Below are positions 9,801 to 18,790 of a stretch of 64,000 bases of DNA, piece after piece. Within the stretch, counting starts at the first letter, position 1. Each line of letters opens with the position of its first letter. The notes beneath the pieces are model-generated. The model saw only the letters and a program-made list of their open reading frames with translations. It did not search any database and was not told the DNA's origin. The DNA is from Candidatus Aenigmatarchaeota archaeon (GTDB taxonomy: Archaea; Aenigmatarchaeota; Aenigmatarchaeia; CG10238-14; SCSR01): contig JAWBWS010000002.1 in NCBI GenBank assembly GCA_038999725.1, positions 32,001-96,000 on the forward strand. The letters are read 5' to 3'. Both the position numbers and the translations under genes were made by a program.

Positions 9801-10902
9801 ATGGAGGATTGGTGGAACTTCTGTTTCTTCTGGTACAGAAAAAATGACTTTAACTTCTACTGGCTTGAAGATAGGTGGAGGGGATGCAAGCTATGCTTTA
9901 GATGTGGTTGGAAGTGCGGCTATTGATTCACCTACATTTTTTGTTGATGCAGCTAATGATAGAGTTGGTATTGGTACAACAGCTCCGAGCCAAAAATTGG
10001 AAGTCATAGGAAATATTAAAGCTACTGGTAGTACACCCTTAATGTGGGTTGGTTCTGGGGGAAGAAACTACCAGATTGAAAATTACGACAACCGTTTAAT
10101 CCTTGCTGATGCTGGTGTTAGAAGAGTTTTTGAATACGATCCAAGTGGATGGCTAAATCTTGCTGCTGGGACTAACATTTATATTTCAAGTGGTGGCAAC
10201 GTCGGCATCGGGACGACGGCACCTGCTGGTAAGCTAGATGTTACTGGAACATCTATCATAAGGAGAGGAGAGGGAATTCAAGATAAAATAGTTTTAGCGG
10301 CGGGAGATCCAAATGTGGGTCTTGAACTTCGTTCAGAAACATCAGGAGGAACACCTTTTATAGATTTTGCTAACGATGCTTCTACAGATTTTGATGCCAG
10401 AATTAGACTTACTGGTAATGGATTGTTGGCAATAGAAGGAGCCAACGTCGGCATAGGTACAACTTCACCCTCATCAAAACTGGAAGTTTACGGTGGAGAT
10501 ATTGAAATAAACAATGGAGAAGCAACAGGAAGCTACAAGATAAAAGGTTTGAGGATATTTTATGCTGGTGATGAAACAGAAGTAAGTACCACTAGCACTC
10601 AATATGTACTTAAAAAGCATTTCACTGCAATTTTCGATTCCCAATATGGAATCAAGCCAAGCTATGTTAATGTGATAGCAAGACTTAAAAATACTGGTGG
10701 TTACACTACTTCACTCAACATAACCATGGAAGGTTGTACAGGCATAACACTCACCACAACATCAACTAGCTACACTTTAGTCAAAGGAACTTTGAACACT
10801 AACTGCGGAGATGGAATCTACCCAACAAAAATTTACTTGATGACAAGTAATTCAGCGGGCACAGCTTATAATGATATAATAGAATTTTATTATGTCGAGT
10901 AA
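6811..10902 (+). CDS. Large secreted adhesin/tail-fibre-like surface protein with GNVGIGT repeats and a LamG/ConA-like domain
   Basis: Signal peptide from MISFKL; multiple (GN/DR)VGIGTTxP repeats; LVLYLPFSEGSG...DKSPYGNDGT...GTIDEVKVYNRTLS LamG motif. Confidence 0.8.
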   Translation: MISFKLRVFSISIILFIFSILPSMVLAQTQSHPLSEIWPIDVNLNMSQKNITNVSYFFLSSGRYIYDTGSLIGLSSGLQLGGNLNLNSFSLIAGNWINASNFNVSNQLCLGGICQSAWPVSSSTGTPGYLSLWVTSTSLGNSLINQTGGNVWITAGNLNILSGALQIGGTSVIDSSRNIVNVNWVNVTNLNASNALYAQSIYEAGASLASKYVPQTRQINTGAPLTGGGSLSSDLTLDISIPICTSGQFLTSSDGNSFVCQTPAPGTAGGWTDEGTIVRLTTATDSVNATSLWINNTAQRVGIGTYSPAYALHVIGDVGWTGSLQLGTVPWTRLSGYDLNVAWSNKLGWGNLTGYNLNVAWTGSLGGGNITAGTITTAQIADNAVTLAKINQTSCPSGFAIRVIGGGTYVCEQINATSGVGNVSGSGIANALAYWTGNSVISAFSWGSSGQFLKSQGSGSQPIWDTIDLGTDTEGNYVAGINAGSGIQITGSPGEGWSPTVSLTTTGVTAGSYGSASQVASFSVDAYGRITSASNVSIAIDASQITSGTLPLARGGTGASDAATARSNLQASGIGSCPSGQVVQNLTTGLPQCVAVDVNAGDDITGSGTAGYIAMWNSSQSINNSVIYQSGGNVGIGTTSPSEKLTVNGSVGLRDGALWQPVYPSDDGLVLYLPFSEGSGTKTYDKSPYGNDGTISYGNWSDGKYGKALSFNGTHGCVVLPSYFPKLSWNKTITAWINRQPNSLATIFSVDDSSWGLRGYAFTINSNGQLVFRVGNGITAENKGSSIYAPPNTWNFVAAVYDNSTNSVTFFINGIKDGPYYFSISNTWNISENWVVIGGEDCVGNEVGLNGTIDEVKVYNRTLSEEEIRTQYLQGLQSHGYVMADNFKVINTSAQELMRITPSGNVGIGTTTPAYKLDVAGDIRATGTIYGALSGTADNAKACNADGICETNDIALASGGQIDFYDETGDKAYWYSNTYGTGIESGTLTDWSATRFRWRIGGTSVSSGTEKMTLTSTGLKIGGGDASYALDVVGSAAIDSPTFFVDAANDRVGIGTTAPSQKLEVIGNIKATGSTPLMWVGSGGRNYQIENYDNRLILADAGVRRVFEYDPSGWLNLAAGTNIYISSGGNVGIGTTAPAGKLDVTGTSIIRRGEGIQDKIVLAAGDPNVGLELRSETSGGTPFIDFANDASTDFDARIRLTGNGLLAIEGANVGIGTTSPSSKLEVYGGDIEINNGEATGSYKIKGLRIFYAGDETEVSTTSTQYVLKKHFTAIFDSQYGIKPSYVNVIARLKNTGGYTTSLNITMEGCTGITLTTTSTSYTLVKGTLNTNCGDGIYPTKIYLMTSNSAGTAYNDIIEFYYVE

Positions 10903-11062
10903 AAATTGCAAAAATTCTCTTTAAAAACTAGAAGAATATAATACGAATTTAAACAAACTTGTAAATCATGAAAAACAACATTAGTTCAGAATTCAAGTGA
11001 GTTTTGGGATGCTGGTATTTTGGGCATCAGTGCTTCACTCTTCTTGTTTCCCATTTTTGAGT

Positions 11063-11275
11063 TTAAACAATTCTAATCCTTTTTCTTCCTATTTGGGTCA
11101 CATTTTCAGGTACTTTAATGCTCACATTCTCTTGAAATGGCCTTGTGGTTGTGGTAATGTTGGTTTGAGTTTGGCTAGTTTTTTGAATTCCGCCAAACTC
11201 TAAAAAAATGAAGAGGAAGATGAGAAGCAACAAGATGAGTAAAGCAATTTTTTTTACCTCTTTGCTTATTTTCAT
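11063..11275 (-). CDS. Small single-TM protein ending RIRIV
   Basis: Hydrophobic N-terminal helix, Thr-rich linker; C-terminus resembles that of 11928..13655. Confidence 0.55.
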   Translation of the reverse strand: MKISKEVKKIALLILLLLIFLFIFLEFGGIQKTSQTQTNITTTTRPFQENVSIKVPENVTQIGRKRIRIV

Positions 11276-11510
11276 AATATTAATTTTGGAATTTCCACTT
11301 TAATTGTTTTAGTTGTGCAAGTGAACTTTTGGAACATTGCACTTAAAGCTAGCTGTGCTTCTTTGTTTTTTCATTTGTCTCATTATTTTGGAAAAAGGGC
11401 TGAGTGGAGCACAATTTGGAAAATGAAATAAAAAGGCTTCATCTTCTAACTAGTTTTGTTTGCTAGTGCTAATTATATTTTTATTAATTATGTACCCTAA
11501 ATAAAATATA

Positions 11511-11927
11511 ATGAAGATTGTTTGGGCTGCCATTATTTTCCTTATAGGAGTCGCAACAATAGCAGGCTATTTCTTGTTTTTTAGTGAGATGGAAGAAATT
11601 GCCCCTCAAACTACCACAACAACTCTTCAAACTACCACAACTGAAGTTAGAATTGGGGAAAAAATAACAGTTACGAAAAATGAAGTGTTTATTTATTCTG
11701 ATAAATTTGAACCTTCTCAATTAACCATCAAAGCTGGTGAAAAAGTGAAGTGGGTAAACAAAGATAACAAACAACACGAACTTGTTTGTGTAAGTGCAAA
11801 TCAAGCTCTATTCGATGTAATACTGTATAAAGAAGAGTTTTGGGAGTTTTCTTTTAATGAAACCACAGAATGTTGGGATCCTTCGGTAAGTGAAGAAACC
11901 ATGAGAATGAGTATTACAGTGAGTTAA
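11511..11927 (+). CDS. Membrane-anchored cupredoxin/plastocyanin-like protein
   Basis: FEPSQLTIKAGEKVKWVNKDNKQH motif; Cys and Met near the C-terminus. Confidence 0.7.
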   Translation: MKIVWAAIIFLIGVATIAGYFLFFSEMEEIAPQTTTTTLQTTTTEVRIGEKITVTKNEVFIYSDKFEPSQLTIKAGEKVKWVNKDNKQHELVCVSANQALFDVILYKEEFWEFSFNETTECWDPSVSEETMRMSITVS

Positions 11928-13655
11928 CTAAACTATCCTTATTCTTCCTCCCCTTATTTCTATTACTCCACCACCGCGCCAGAGACCATCTGCCTCACAT
12001 TTCCAAGAGCCAACTGCACTGCCAGGATTGACATTTTGAACAAAACTATAACCAGAGCCAGAGCCTCCGGCTTGCTTACAGAAATAGAGCTCGCCGTTAA
12101 AAGTAAGATAGCTTGCGTTGATGCTGCCTACATTGTTATGAGATACGACTTCTCCTTGGACACAAGCTGAATTGCCTATGCCTGAGGCTTCAAAGAGGTC
12201 TGGAGAACCGTCATCACCACAGCATGGACGATTGTTACCATCTGAAGTACTTGAAAACCAAGTTTTACCACACCCACTACAATAACTTAAAGAGCTATCA
12301 GGATCGTATACATCGTAATCACAGTAGTCATCAATTGTGTCATAGCAGTAGTAGTCGTAATAAGAGTATGGGGGTCCACCAGAACATCCATCATATTCAT
12401 TACAATTTTTTGTTGTGTAAGTATAGCTTGAACCACTTGCACAATATTCAGTTAATGTACTGCCTGAACAAGAATCACGATAAATGTTATAGAGTGTGCA
12501 ACTACTATCACCATTGTTACAACCAGTGTAATCTATCACATAGCCTCCTGTTGTGTAGTTATAACAACCATTATCGCTATCCACTGATTGTTTGGTGCTG
12601 CAATTTTCTACAACCGAACCTAACTCAAAAGTACAAGTGTTTGTATTAGGAACAACATAGTAGTCTATGTAGCTGTATACAACATTTGAGTAGCAGTAAC
12701 TTAATTGTCCATTGTTTGGACATCTGTCAGAACTATCACAATCAAAAATTGGACAATTAAGTCTGGTGGAGCTACATGTATTAGTATTCTGAATGACGAA
12801 ATAATCTGTTAGGTTAGAAGGTGGGTCGTCCCCACATCCAGGAACATTTCCTCCTCCTTCCCAACCATCCTGGTTATCGCAATCAACTGATGGGCAATTA
12901 GCTTGGGTGTATGTACATGTATTAGTATTAGGCGAAACATAATAATCTCTTAGCTCAGAAGGTGGATCGTCCATTTGGTAACAACCTGGTCCTAAATCTC
13001 CTCCTCCATACCAATTATCTAGGTTATCACAATCAGTAGTATCAGTTACATTGTAATTACATTGTCCTAGCGAAACACAATAATAGTCTCTTAGCTCAGA
13101 AGGTGGATCGTCCATTTGGTAACAACCTGGTCCTAAATCTCCTCCTCCATACCAAGCGTCCAGTTTATTTCCACACCTGTCTGGGTTAGAGGAAGTTCTC
13201 CACCCAAATGTGTTGCCATCGTTTGTACAGTAATAAGTTGTTCCCCCGCACACTTGAGAATAACATTCTAAAGTCTGATCACAATATATCACATCCCTAC
13301 CACATCCTGTATCCCTACACACACTCAGGTTAAGAGGATTAAAGTTGCATACATCTGCTGTTAAAGTACAGTAGTAAGCATAACCACAGTATATTGTATC
13401 CCAACCACCACATATGTCGCCAGTATAACTACCATAACAATGTTGAGTATCAAGAGAGTAATAACAAGTGCTTCCTACTTTGTAAGAGGAAGGACAACTT
13501 GGACAACCACTCACACCTGGACAATAAGTAACTGCTAAAACTATTGTTTTTGAGTTAGGAAAATATAGGAAGAAAATTACAAAGAAAAATAGAATCAAAA
13601 CATAAATTCCCATCTTAGTTAATCCTTTTCTTCCAAAAATTTCTTTTTTCCCCAC
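11928..13655 (-). CDS. Cys/Gly/Asp-rich secreted repeat protein
   Basis: N-terminal TM/signal; very Cys-rich; three DxWxGGGxxPGCxxxDDPPSxLxDY repeats. Confidence 0.75.
   Translation of the reverse strand: MGKKEIFGRKGLTKMGIYVLILFFFVIFFLYFPNSKTIVLAVTYCPGVSGCPSCPSSYKVGSTCYYSLDTQHCYGSYTGDICGGWDTIYCGYAYYCTLTADVCNFNPLNLSVCRDTGCGRDVIYCDQTLECYSQVCGGTTYYCTNDGNTFGWRTSSNPDRCGNKLDAWYGGGDLGPGCYQMDDPPSELRDYYCVSLGQCNYNVTDTTDCDNLDNWYGGGDLGPGCYQMDDPPSELRDYYVSPNTNTCTYTQANCPSVDCDNQDGWEGGGNVPGCGDDPPSNLTDYFVIQNTNTCSSTRLNCPIFDCDSSDRCPNNGQLSYCYSNVVYSYIDYYVVPNTNTCTFELGSVVENCSTKQSVDSDNGCYNYTTGGYVIDYTGCNNGDSSCTLYNIYRDSCSGSTLTEYCASGSSYTYTTKNCNEYDGCSGGPPYSYYDYYCYDTIDDYCDYDVYDPDSSLSYCSGCGKTWFSSTSDGNNRPCCGDDGSPDLFEASGIGNSACVQGEVVSHNNVGSINASYLTFNGELYFCKQAGGSGSGYSFVQNVNPGSAVGSWKCEADGLWRGGGVIEIRGGRIRIV
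12946..13155. repeat. 69-bp identical intragenic direct repeat (12946-13014 and 13087-13155; 141-bp period)
   Basis: tctcttagctcagaaggtggatcgtcc...ctccataccaa occurs twice. Confidence 0.9.
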
Positions 13656-13695
13656 ACAAATCTAATTTAATATACTCATGGGGAAATAAATTTTT

Positions 13696-15045
13696 TCATA
13701 TCTTTCTGTAAACTTTATAAGAGGGCAACCCTTCTATTTCCATTTCCAAAATGTAGTTTTCCCGGATAAATCTGTTGAAGCTTTCTTCCGACATTAAATA
13801 TTCTTCTGCATCTATGAAAAAAGCTGGCTTCTTTTTCATCAACTCTTCTAGAATTTTACTTTCGTTCACAAATTTCAGGTAATCCAAGAAAGTGTCGAAA
13901 TAATTTGAAGTTATTTCTATGCCTGTTGAGAAAGAGATGAAGGAAGTTGTAGAATATTCGCCGAAAATTGTCTCCCCTTCTTTCGTTCTGTTTTGAATTA
14001 ACTCTTTAACTTGATAAATGCTAGTAAAACGCTTGGGATTGATGTAAAACTCTAGTGTTGAGAAATTCGTGTAGAAGGAAAGGAAGAAAATCAAGAGAAG
14101 GAAAACTTTTACAGAAATTTCTTTTGAAAGCAAGAATGCACTTGAAGTAGCAATCATGATAAAAGGTAGGGAAAACAAAAAGTAATGGTAAGCTATGTTC
14201 TTAAAGGAGAGTAAAAGGATGGAATCCACAAGAAGTGGGTAAAGAGAAAAAAGCATGTATTTTTTGTTTTCTTGTCTTGACAAAACAAGGGAAGAAACCA
14301 AACATAAAAAAATTGTGAAAAAACCGAAGTTGAGATATTGAAATATAAGCTTTGGTTTTGTGGAAATAAGTCTTGAAAAAAACTGGAAAATTATGGTATC
14401 GTGAATGAAATTGTAACCGAAAATTGAAAATAGGAGCAAGAATGTTGAAAGTGCCAAAGACGAAAGTGACAATACAAATTTCTTCAATTCACTCTTCTCG
14501 AAAAAGAGAAAATACAGAAGAAGAAATGGGAGATAAGTCAAGGCTAAATACCTGAAGAACAAGGCAATTGTGAATGAAAATGCTGAAAGTATAGGTTTGT
14601 GATCGAGGGCAAAGTGGAATGAAAGAAGTAAGAAAGCAAGAGCTTCCCAGGTGCCATATCCTTGATCTGAAAAAGTCAAGAAAGCTGGGAAAAGTAGGAA
14701 AAAAATGGAGGATAAGAGAGCTGTTTTTGAGTTAAACAGTTTCCTTGAGATGAAGAAAACCAGTGCCACGGAAAAACTGCTAGCAAGAAGTGGAACTAAT
14801 TTAGCTGTATGAAGTGAAACACCAAAAAGATGAAAAAAGAGTGCATACGTGTAAAGTTGAAGTGGGGGATGTACATAGCTGAAATCTTTATAAGGAATAA
14901 GACCCTCTTTCACCTTTTTCCCCATCAAGAAGTAAAGGTTTTCGTCAGAAAATGTTGGATGGATTGTTAGAAACTTGAGCAGAAAAAATATCAAGATTGA
15001 TGAGAACAAAATGATTTCTTCTTTCGAAAAAATTTCTGACTTCAT
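13696..15045 (-). CDS. GT-C fold membrane glycosyltransferase (ArnT/PMT-like)
   Basis: SDENLY...GLIPYKDFSYVHPPL luminal-loop motif; many TM helices. Confidence 0.8.
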   Translation of the reverse strand: MKSEIFSKEEIILFSSILIFFLLKFLTIHPTFSDENLYFLMGKKVKEGLIPYKDFSYVHPPLQLYTYALFFHLFGVSLHTAKLVPLLASSFSVALVFFISRKLFNSKTALLSSIFFLLFPAFLTFSDQGYGTWEALAFLLLSFHFALDHKPILSAFSFTIALFFRYLALTYLPFLLLYFLFFEKSELKKFVLSLSSLALSTFLLLFSIFGYNFIHDTIIFQFFSRLISTKPKLIFQYLNFGFFTIFLCLVSSLVLSRQENKKYMLFSLYPLLVDSILLLSFKNIAYHYFLFSLPFIMIATSSAFLLSKEISVKVFLLLIFFLSFYTNFSTLEFYINPKRFTSIYQVKELIQNRTKEGETIFGEYSTTSFISFSTGIEITSNYFDTFLDYLKFVNESKILEELMKKKPAFFIDAEEYLMSEESFNRFIRENYILEMEIEGLPSYKVYRKI

Positions 15046-15046
15046 C

Positions 15047-16642
15047 CTATCTATCTTTAAGGAGTTCTTTACTTAAAAATAAAAGTGGGAAGATGAAAAA
15101 GAGAAGTGGTAGAAATGGTATGTGAATGTAAGGTCTGTTGCATTTAAAACCACAAGGCATGGGTGTCAGCCTTATATCAACTTCATAAATATAACCATTC
15201 AAAACCTCTTCTAATATCCTGCTCCTGGGCCCATATTTAAAGAACTGTGGAATATAGTGTTCAAGTAATGGATTGGAAAGTATCTTGAAACTGTTTTGTT
15301 CTGTAAACCAGTCACCTCTCATATCCATAGTTTTCCAGTCATAAGCATCGTCTTCAGCAAAACCTAACCCTAGGATGTTCACGATAATGGACAACACAGC
15401 CAAGAATAAAAATAATTTCTTGGCATGGTTTTTGCTCAGGAGGTAAATCAGGGGAATGAATAGGAAAGGTGTGATTGGAAGGAAATATCTTTCTCCGAAA
15501 CAATAGCCACCCCACCAAATTCTTCTCATCGAAACAAAAATTGGGAATAGTAATAAAAGTGAAAAAATGAAAATAGACTCAAGCTTGTATTTTTTGCTCA
15601 TCAAGATGAGGCCTGGGATTGAAAGTAGCAAAACTGAATGGTAGAAGAAGAGGCCCCTGTAAGGATAAAAGAGCAATCTCAACACAACAAAAAGATTTGG
15701 TTTGGATTCAAAGTGTAATTTTTCGAGAAAGTTTAAGTCAAAGAGGGAAAGTTTTTTAACTTTTACACTTGGAGTTTGGGAAATCTCGTAAGCCCTAATG
15801 AAAATGTTCCTGTCAACATATGTGCTCGCGAAAACAAATGGGTTTTTAAAGTTGACGAAGTTATAGAGCAATAAGGGCAATGCTCCTAGCATGAAGCCAA
15901 AAAATATTGGTAAGAATTGCCTTTTCTTGAAAATTGAAAAGAGTAGGAGGGGTAAAGCCAAAAGTAAGATGGAATGGTCAATTGTTGTTGCAAAGCCTAG
16001 AGCTATGCCACCCAACAACATTTTTCTGAAGGTTGTGTGGGAGAGAAGTGTGTAGAAAGAGAGAAAAGCAAAGAAAGTCGAAGTTGCGTGATTCATGAAA
16101 TGAAGAGAATATGGGAATTGAAGTGTGGCTAAACCGTAAGTCAGAGCAACAGAAGCTTTCCATCTTTCACTTTTCAGAAACATTGAAGAAACTTTGAACA
16201 CGAGCACAACTGTTAATGCTGAAAAAATTGTTGAAGAAAATATCGTGAGAAAAATCATCGAGTAGTAATCTAATAAACCGAGGTTGACATACCAGTAAAT
16301 TTTCTCCTTACCAGAAATGTCTTCATAAAAAATATTGGGATTAAAGCTATACTCTTCTTTTAATTTGGATGGTAAAAACTGGTAGAGCCTGGACCAAAAA
16401 ATGTAAATTGGTTGAGAAATTATAGCTAACCCAGGATCTTTATCAGAGTAATAATGCCCGTTGAAAACAGCCCTATCTCCTGTGGTGTTGTAGAAAGAAT
16501 CTATCTCAAATCTGTTTTCTTCTCCTATTGCCTTCACGAGAACAAAATGAGATTGTTCGTTCCAACCATACCAGTTGATGAAAAGAGAATAGAATATGAA
16601 AAATGATAAAAAAACTTTAAATTCTTTCTTCATTCGACTCAT
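15047..16642 (-). CDS. Polytopic membrane protein, putative GT-C glycosyltransferase
   Basis: WNEQSH...GDRAVFNGHYYSDKDPG...WWGGYCFGERY motifs; paralog of 60475..62190. Confidence 0.72.
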   Translation of the reverse strand: MSRMKKEFKVFLSFFIFYSLFINWYGWNEQSHFVLVKAIGEENRFEIDSFYNTTGDRAVFNGHYYSDKDPGLAIISQPIYIFWSRLYQFLPSKLKEEYSFNPNIFYEDISGKEKIYWYVNLGLLDYYSMIFLTIFSSTIFSALTVVLVFKVSSMFLKSERWKASVALTYGLATLQFPYSLHFMNHATSTFFAFLSFYTLLSHTTFRKMLLGGIALGFATTIDHSILLLALPLLLFSIFKKRQFLPIFFGFMLGALPLLLYNFVNFKNPFVFASTYVDRNIFIRAYEISQTPSVKVKKLSLFDLNFLEKLHFESKPNLFVVLRLLFYPYRGLFFYHSVLLLSIPGLILMSKKYKLESIFIFSLLLLFPIFVSMRRIWWGGYCFGERYFLPITPFLFIPLIYLLSKNHAKKLFLFLAVLSIIVNILGLGFAEDDAYDWKTMDMRGDWFTEQNSFKILSNPLLEHYIPQFFKYGPRSRILEEVLNGYIYEVDIRLTPMPCGFKCNRPYIHIPFLPLLFFIFPLLFLSKELLKDR

Positions 16643-16656
16643 ACTAAAATTGGTAT

Positions 16657-17946
16657 TTAAAAAATTAAATTCAAGAGGAAATCACAAAAATCTTCTGAAG
16701 TCATGTTGCTTTTCACCTTAACCTTTTTGTTTAAGATTACAAAACCCTTATCTTCTGGAAGAGAAGAAATGGTCCTACTCAAAATAAAATCTGAAAAACG
16801 ATAATTTTTTCCACTCAAATAGAATTCTTTATCTTCAATGATTTTAGGAAGCTTTCTCTTCAACAAAATTCCTGAATCAAAATCTTCAACATCAAACATT
16901 TCATACCCATATGGTAAAGTCCTCATTTCAGAAAAAATTTCCTTCAACTCTTCTTTCACTTCTTCCTTATTTTCAGCTTGAATAAAAATCTTTAGCTCTT
17001 CATCTATACCCTCTTCAAGCGTGTAAGCTTTCGTCCTTGAAAAATCTATTTCTTCCCTATAGTCAAATTCAAGAAGTCCCAATTCTTTCAATATTTTATT
17101 GATGTTGATTTTCTCCACAACTTTAGGGGGAAATTCTTCTTTAACTCCTCTGTTTGAAACTATAACTACCAGTTTGTTTGGCTTGTTTATTTTTCCAATG
17201 AAATCATCCAGTTCAATGAAATAATTTTCAATCACCCCACCATATCTCTCTATCTCTTTTTCAGTCACATAGCTACCAAATTTGTGAGGATGAGAATACA
17301 TCCAAAAATACTGTTCAATCCTTAAAGGTGAGGAAAAAACGAGAAAAGAGATTCTTGGTTTAAACTTTTCCCTCAAATAGAAAAACTCTCTCACATTCCT
17401 ATCGAGAAGATAAAACTCGTAAACCAAATCTTTCTCGGCTTTATTTTGTGGCAGCATCACTTTAAGCCAGTAAACTTTTCTGAGAAATTCTGTTATTGGA
17501 TTTTTGAAAATCAATAAAGCTTTAGAGTCGTATATCTCTTCAGGATATTCTTTCTTACCTTCAAACTCATCAGGAATCATGAATAAACCGTGTTCGGAAA
17601 CATTTGGCCAGTAAAGAGTTCCAAAACTTGTATTTCTCTCCTTCAATTTATTCCATAAGGATGTTTCATTGCATATGGTAAGAGAGTTCCAAGCTGAATA
17701 TGAGTCTAGTTTTGAAGTTGTGTAAAATGGTACAAATGTGCCTTCTTTAACAATCTTTTCTACATTTGGCAACTTCTTTTTTTCTATAAGAGATTGAAAA
17801 ACTTCATAGTCTCCACCATCCAATCCTATAACTAAAATCTCTTTTTCAGGTAAACTGAAAAGAAAGGGATAGAGAAAAGGGTAGAGGGAGAGGGAGAAAA
17901 GGATCGTGAAGGAAATGGCTATGATGAGTACATTCTTAAGCACCAT
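16657..17946 (-). CDS. Membrane-anchored alkaline phosphatase/phosphodiesterase superfamily protein (degenerate metal ligands)
   Basis: ILVIGLDGGD...LPNVEKIVKEG...SAWNSL; later motifs altered (RIEQYFW, VSNRG). Confidence 0.7.
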   Translation of the reverse strand: MVLKNVLIIAISFTILFSLSLYPFLYPFLFSLPEKEILVIGLDGGDYEVFQSLIEKKKLPNVEKIVKEGTFVPFYTTSKLDSYSAWNSLTICNETSLWNKLKERNTSFGTLYWPNVSEHGLFMIPDEFEGKKEYPEEIYDSKALLIFKNPITEFLRKVYWLKVMLPQNKAEKDLVYEFYLLDRNVREFFYLREKFKPRISFLVFSSPLRIEQYFWMYSHPHKFGSYVTEKEIERYGGVIENYFIELDDFIGKINKPNKLVVIVSNRGVKEEFPPKVVEKININKILKELGLLEFDYREEIDFSRTKAYTLEEGIDEELKIFIQAENKEEVKEELKEIFSEMRTLPYGYEMFDVEDFDSGILLKRKLPKIIEDKEFYLSGKNYRFSDFILSRTISSLPEDKGFVILNKKVKVKSNMTSEDFCDFLLNLIF

Positions 17947-17998
17947 GCTTTATTTTTAGAGCGTTAAGGATTTATTTCTCATGTTATAAGAAATTCTT

Positions 17999-18790
17999 AT
18001 GTTGAACAATTTGAAAAAAATTTATTCCTCAAAAAACATCATATTGAGTTTGGCTTTCACCGACTTAAAGATAAGGTATGTTGGTTCTTACTTGGGCATT
18101 TTCTGGTCTCTGCTCGAGCCTTTGTTATTGATTTCTGTATATTCAATAATTTTTCCCCTGATATTGAAAACAGATTTCTTGGAATGGTTTTTGCCTTTTA
18201 TTTGTGGTTTAATTCCCTATCGCTTCTTCAAAAGAGGTGTGATGGAAATGACAACTTGTCTAGTTGATTTTTCAAGTGTGCTTGAAAAATCTCTAATGAA
18301 TCCTGAAAATGTAATCTATGCAAAGGCGATTTCCACTTCACTCTCATTTTTTATAGAGCTTTTCATACTTCTTATCCTCGTGAGTATTTTCGTGCCGTTA
18401 TCACCATTTATCCTTTTATTACCTATTGTTTTTTCAATAAACTTTTTACTGAATTTGGGGCTTGGTATGTATCTTTCTGTCTTTTTCCCAAGGATGAGAG
18501 ATATAAGCTACATCCTTACAATCCTATTTGAAGCTCTGATGTTTTTGACCCCTATTGTTTACAGGATTGAATACATACCAAGCCTCTATAGAGGGATTTA
18601 CCTGCTCAACCCCATAGCAAGATTAATTTACGTTTATCAAGCTATTTTCCTCCACTCATCCCAAAAATTCGCTAAATACCTTTCAATATCACATGAACTA
18701 ATGTTGTTGTTTTTATTTTCTTCAGCTGTATTTATAATTGGGTACAAGAAGTTTGAAAGCAAAAGAGAAATTGGTTTGGAGTTGAGCTAA
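17999..18790 (+). CDS. wzm: ABC-2 polysaccharide exporter permease (Wzm/TagG-like)
   Basis: DLKIRYVGSYLGIFWSLLEPL, RDISY...FLTPIVY, LNPI motifs. Confidence 0.92.
   Translation: MLNNLKKIYSSKNIILSLAFTDLKIRYVGSYLGIFWSLLEPLLLISVYSIIFPLILKTDFLEWFLPFICGLIPYRFFKRGVMEMTTCLVDFSSVLEKSLMNPENVIYAKAISTSLSFFIELFILLILVSIFVPLSPFILLLPIVFSINFLLNLGLGMYLSVFFPRMRDISYILTILFEALMFLTPIVYRIEYIPSLYRGIYLLNPIARLIYVYQAIFLHSSQKFAKYLSISHELMLLFLFSSAVFIIGYKKFESKREIGLELS

Noticed and set aside
6811..10902. Prophage tail fibre or provirus
   Set aside because: Has a signal peptide; no capsid, terminase, portal or integrase genes nearby.
10997..11040. Possible small structured RNA (GATGC...GCATC hairpin) between convergent genes
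   Set aside because: Stem too short and imperfect; no tRNA or known ncRNA features.
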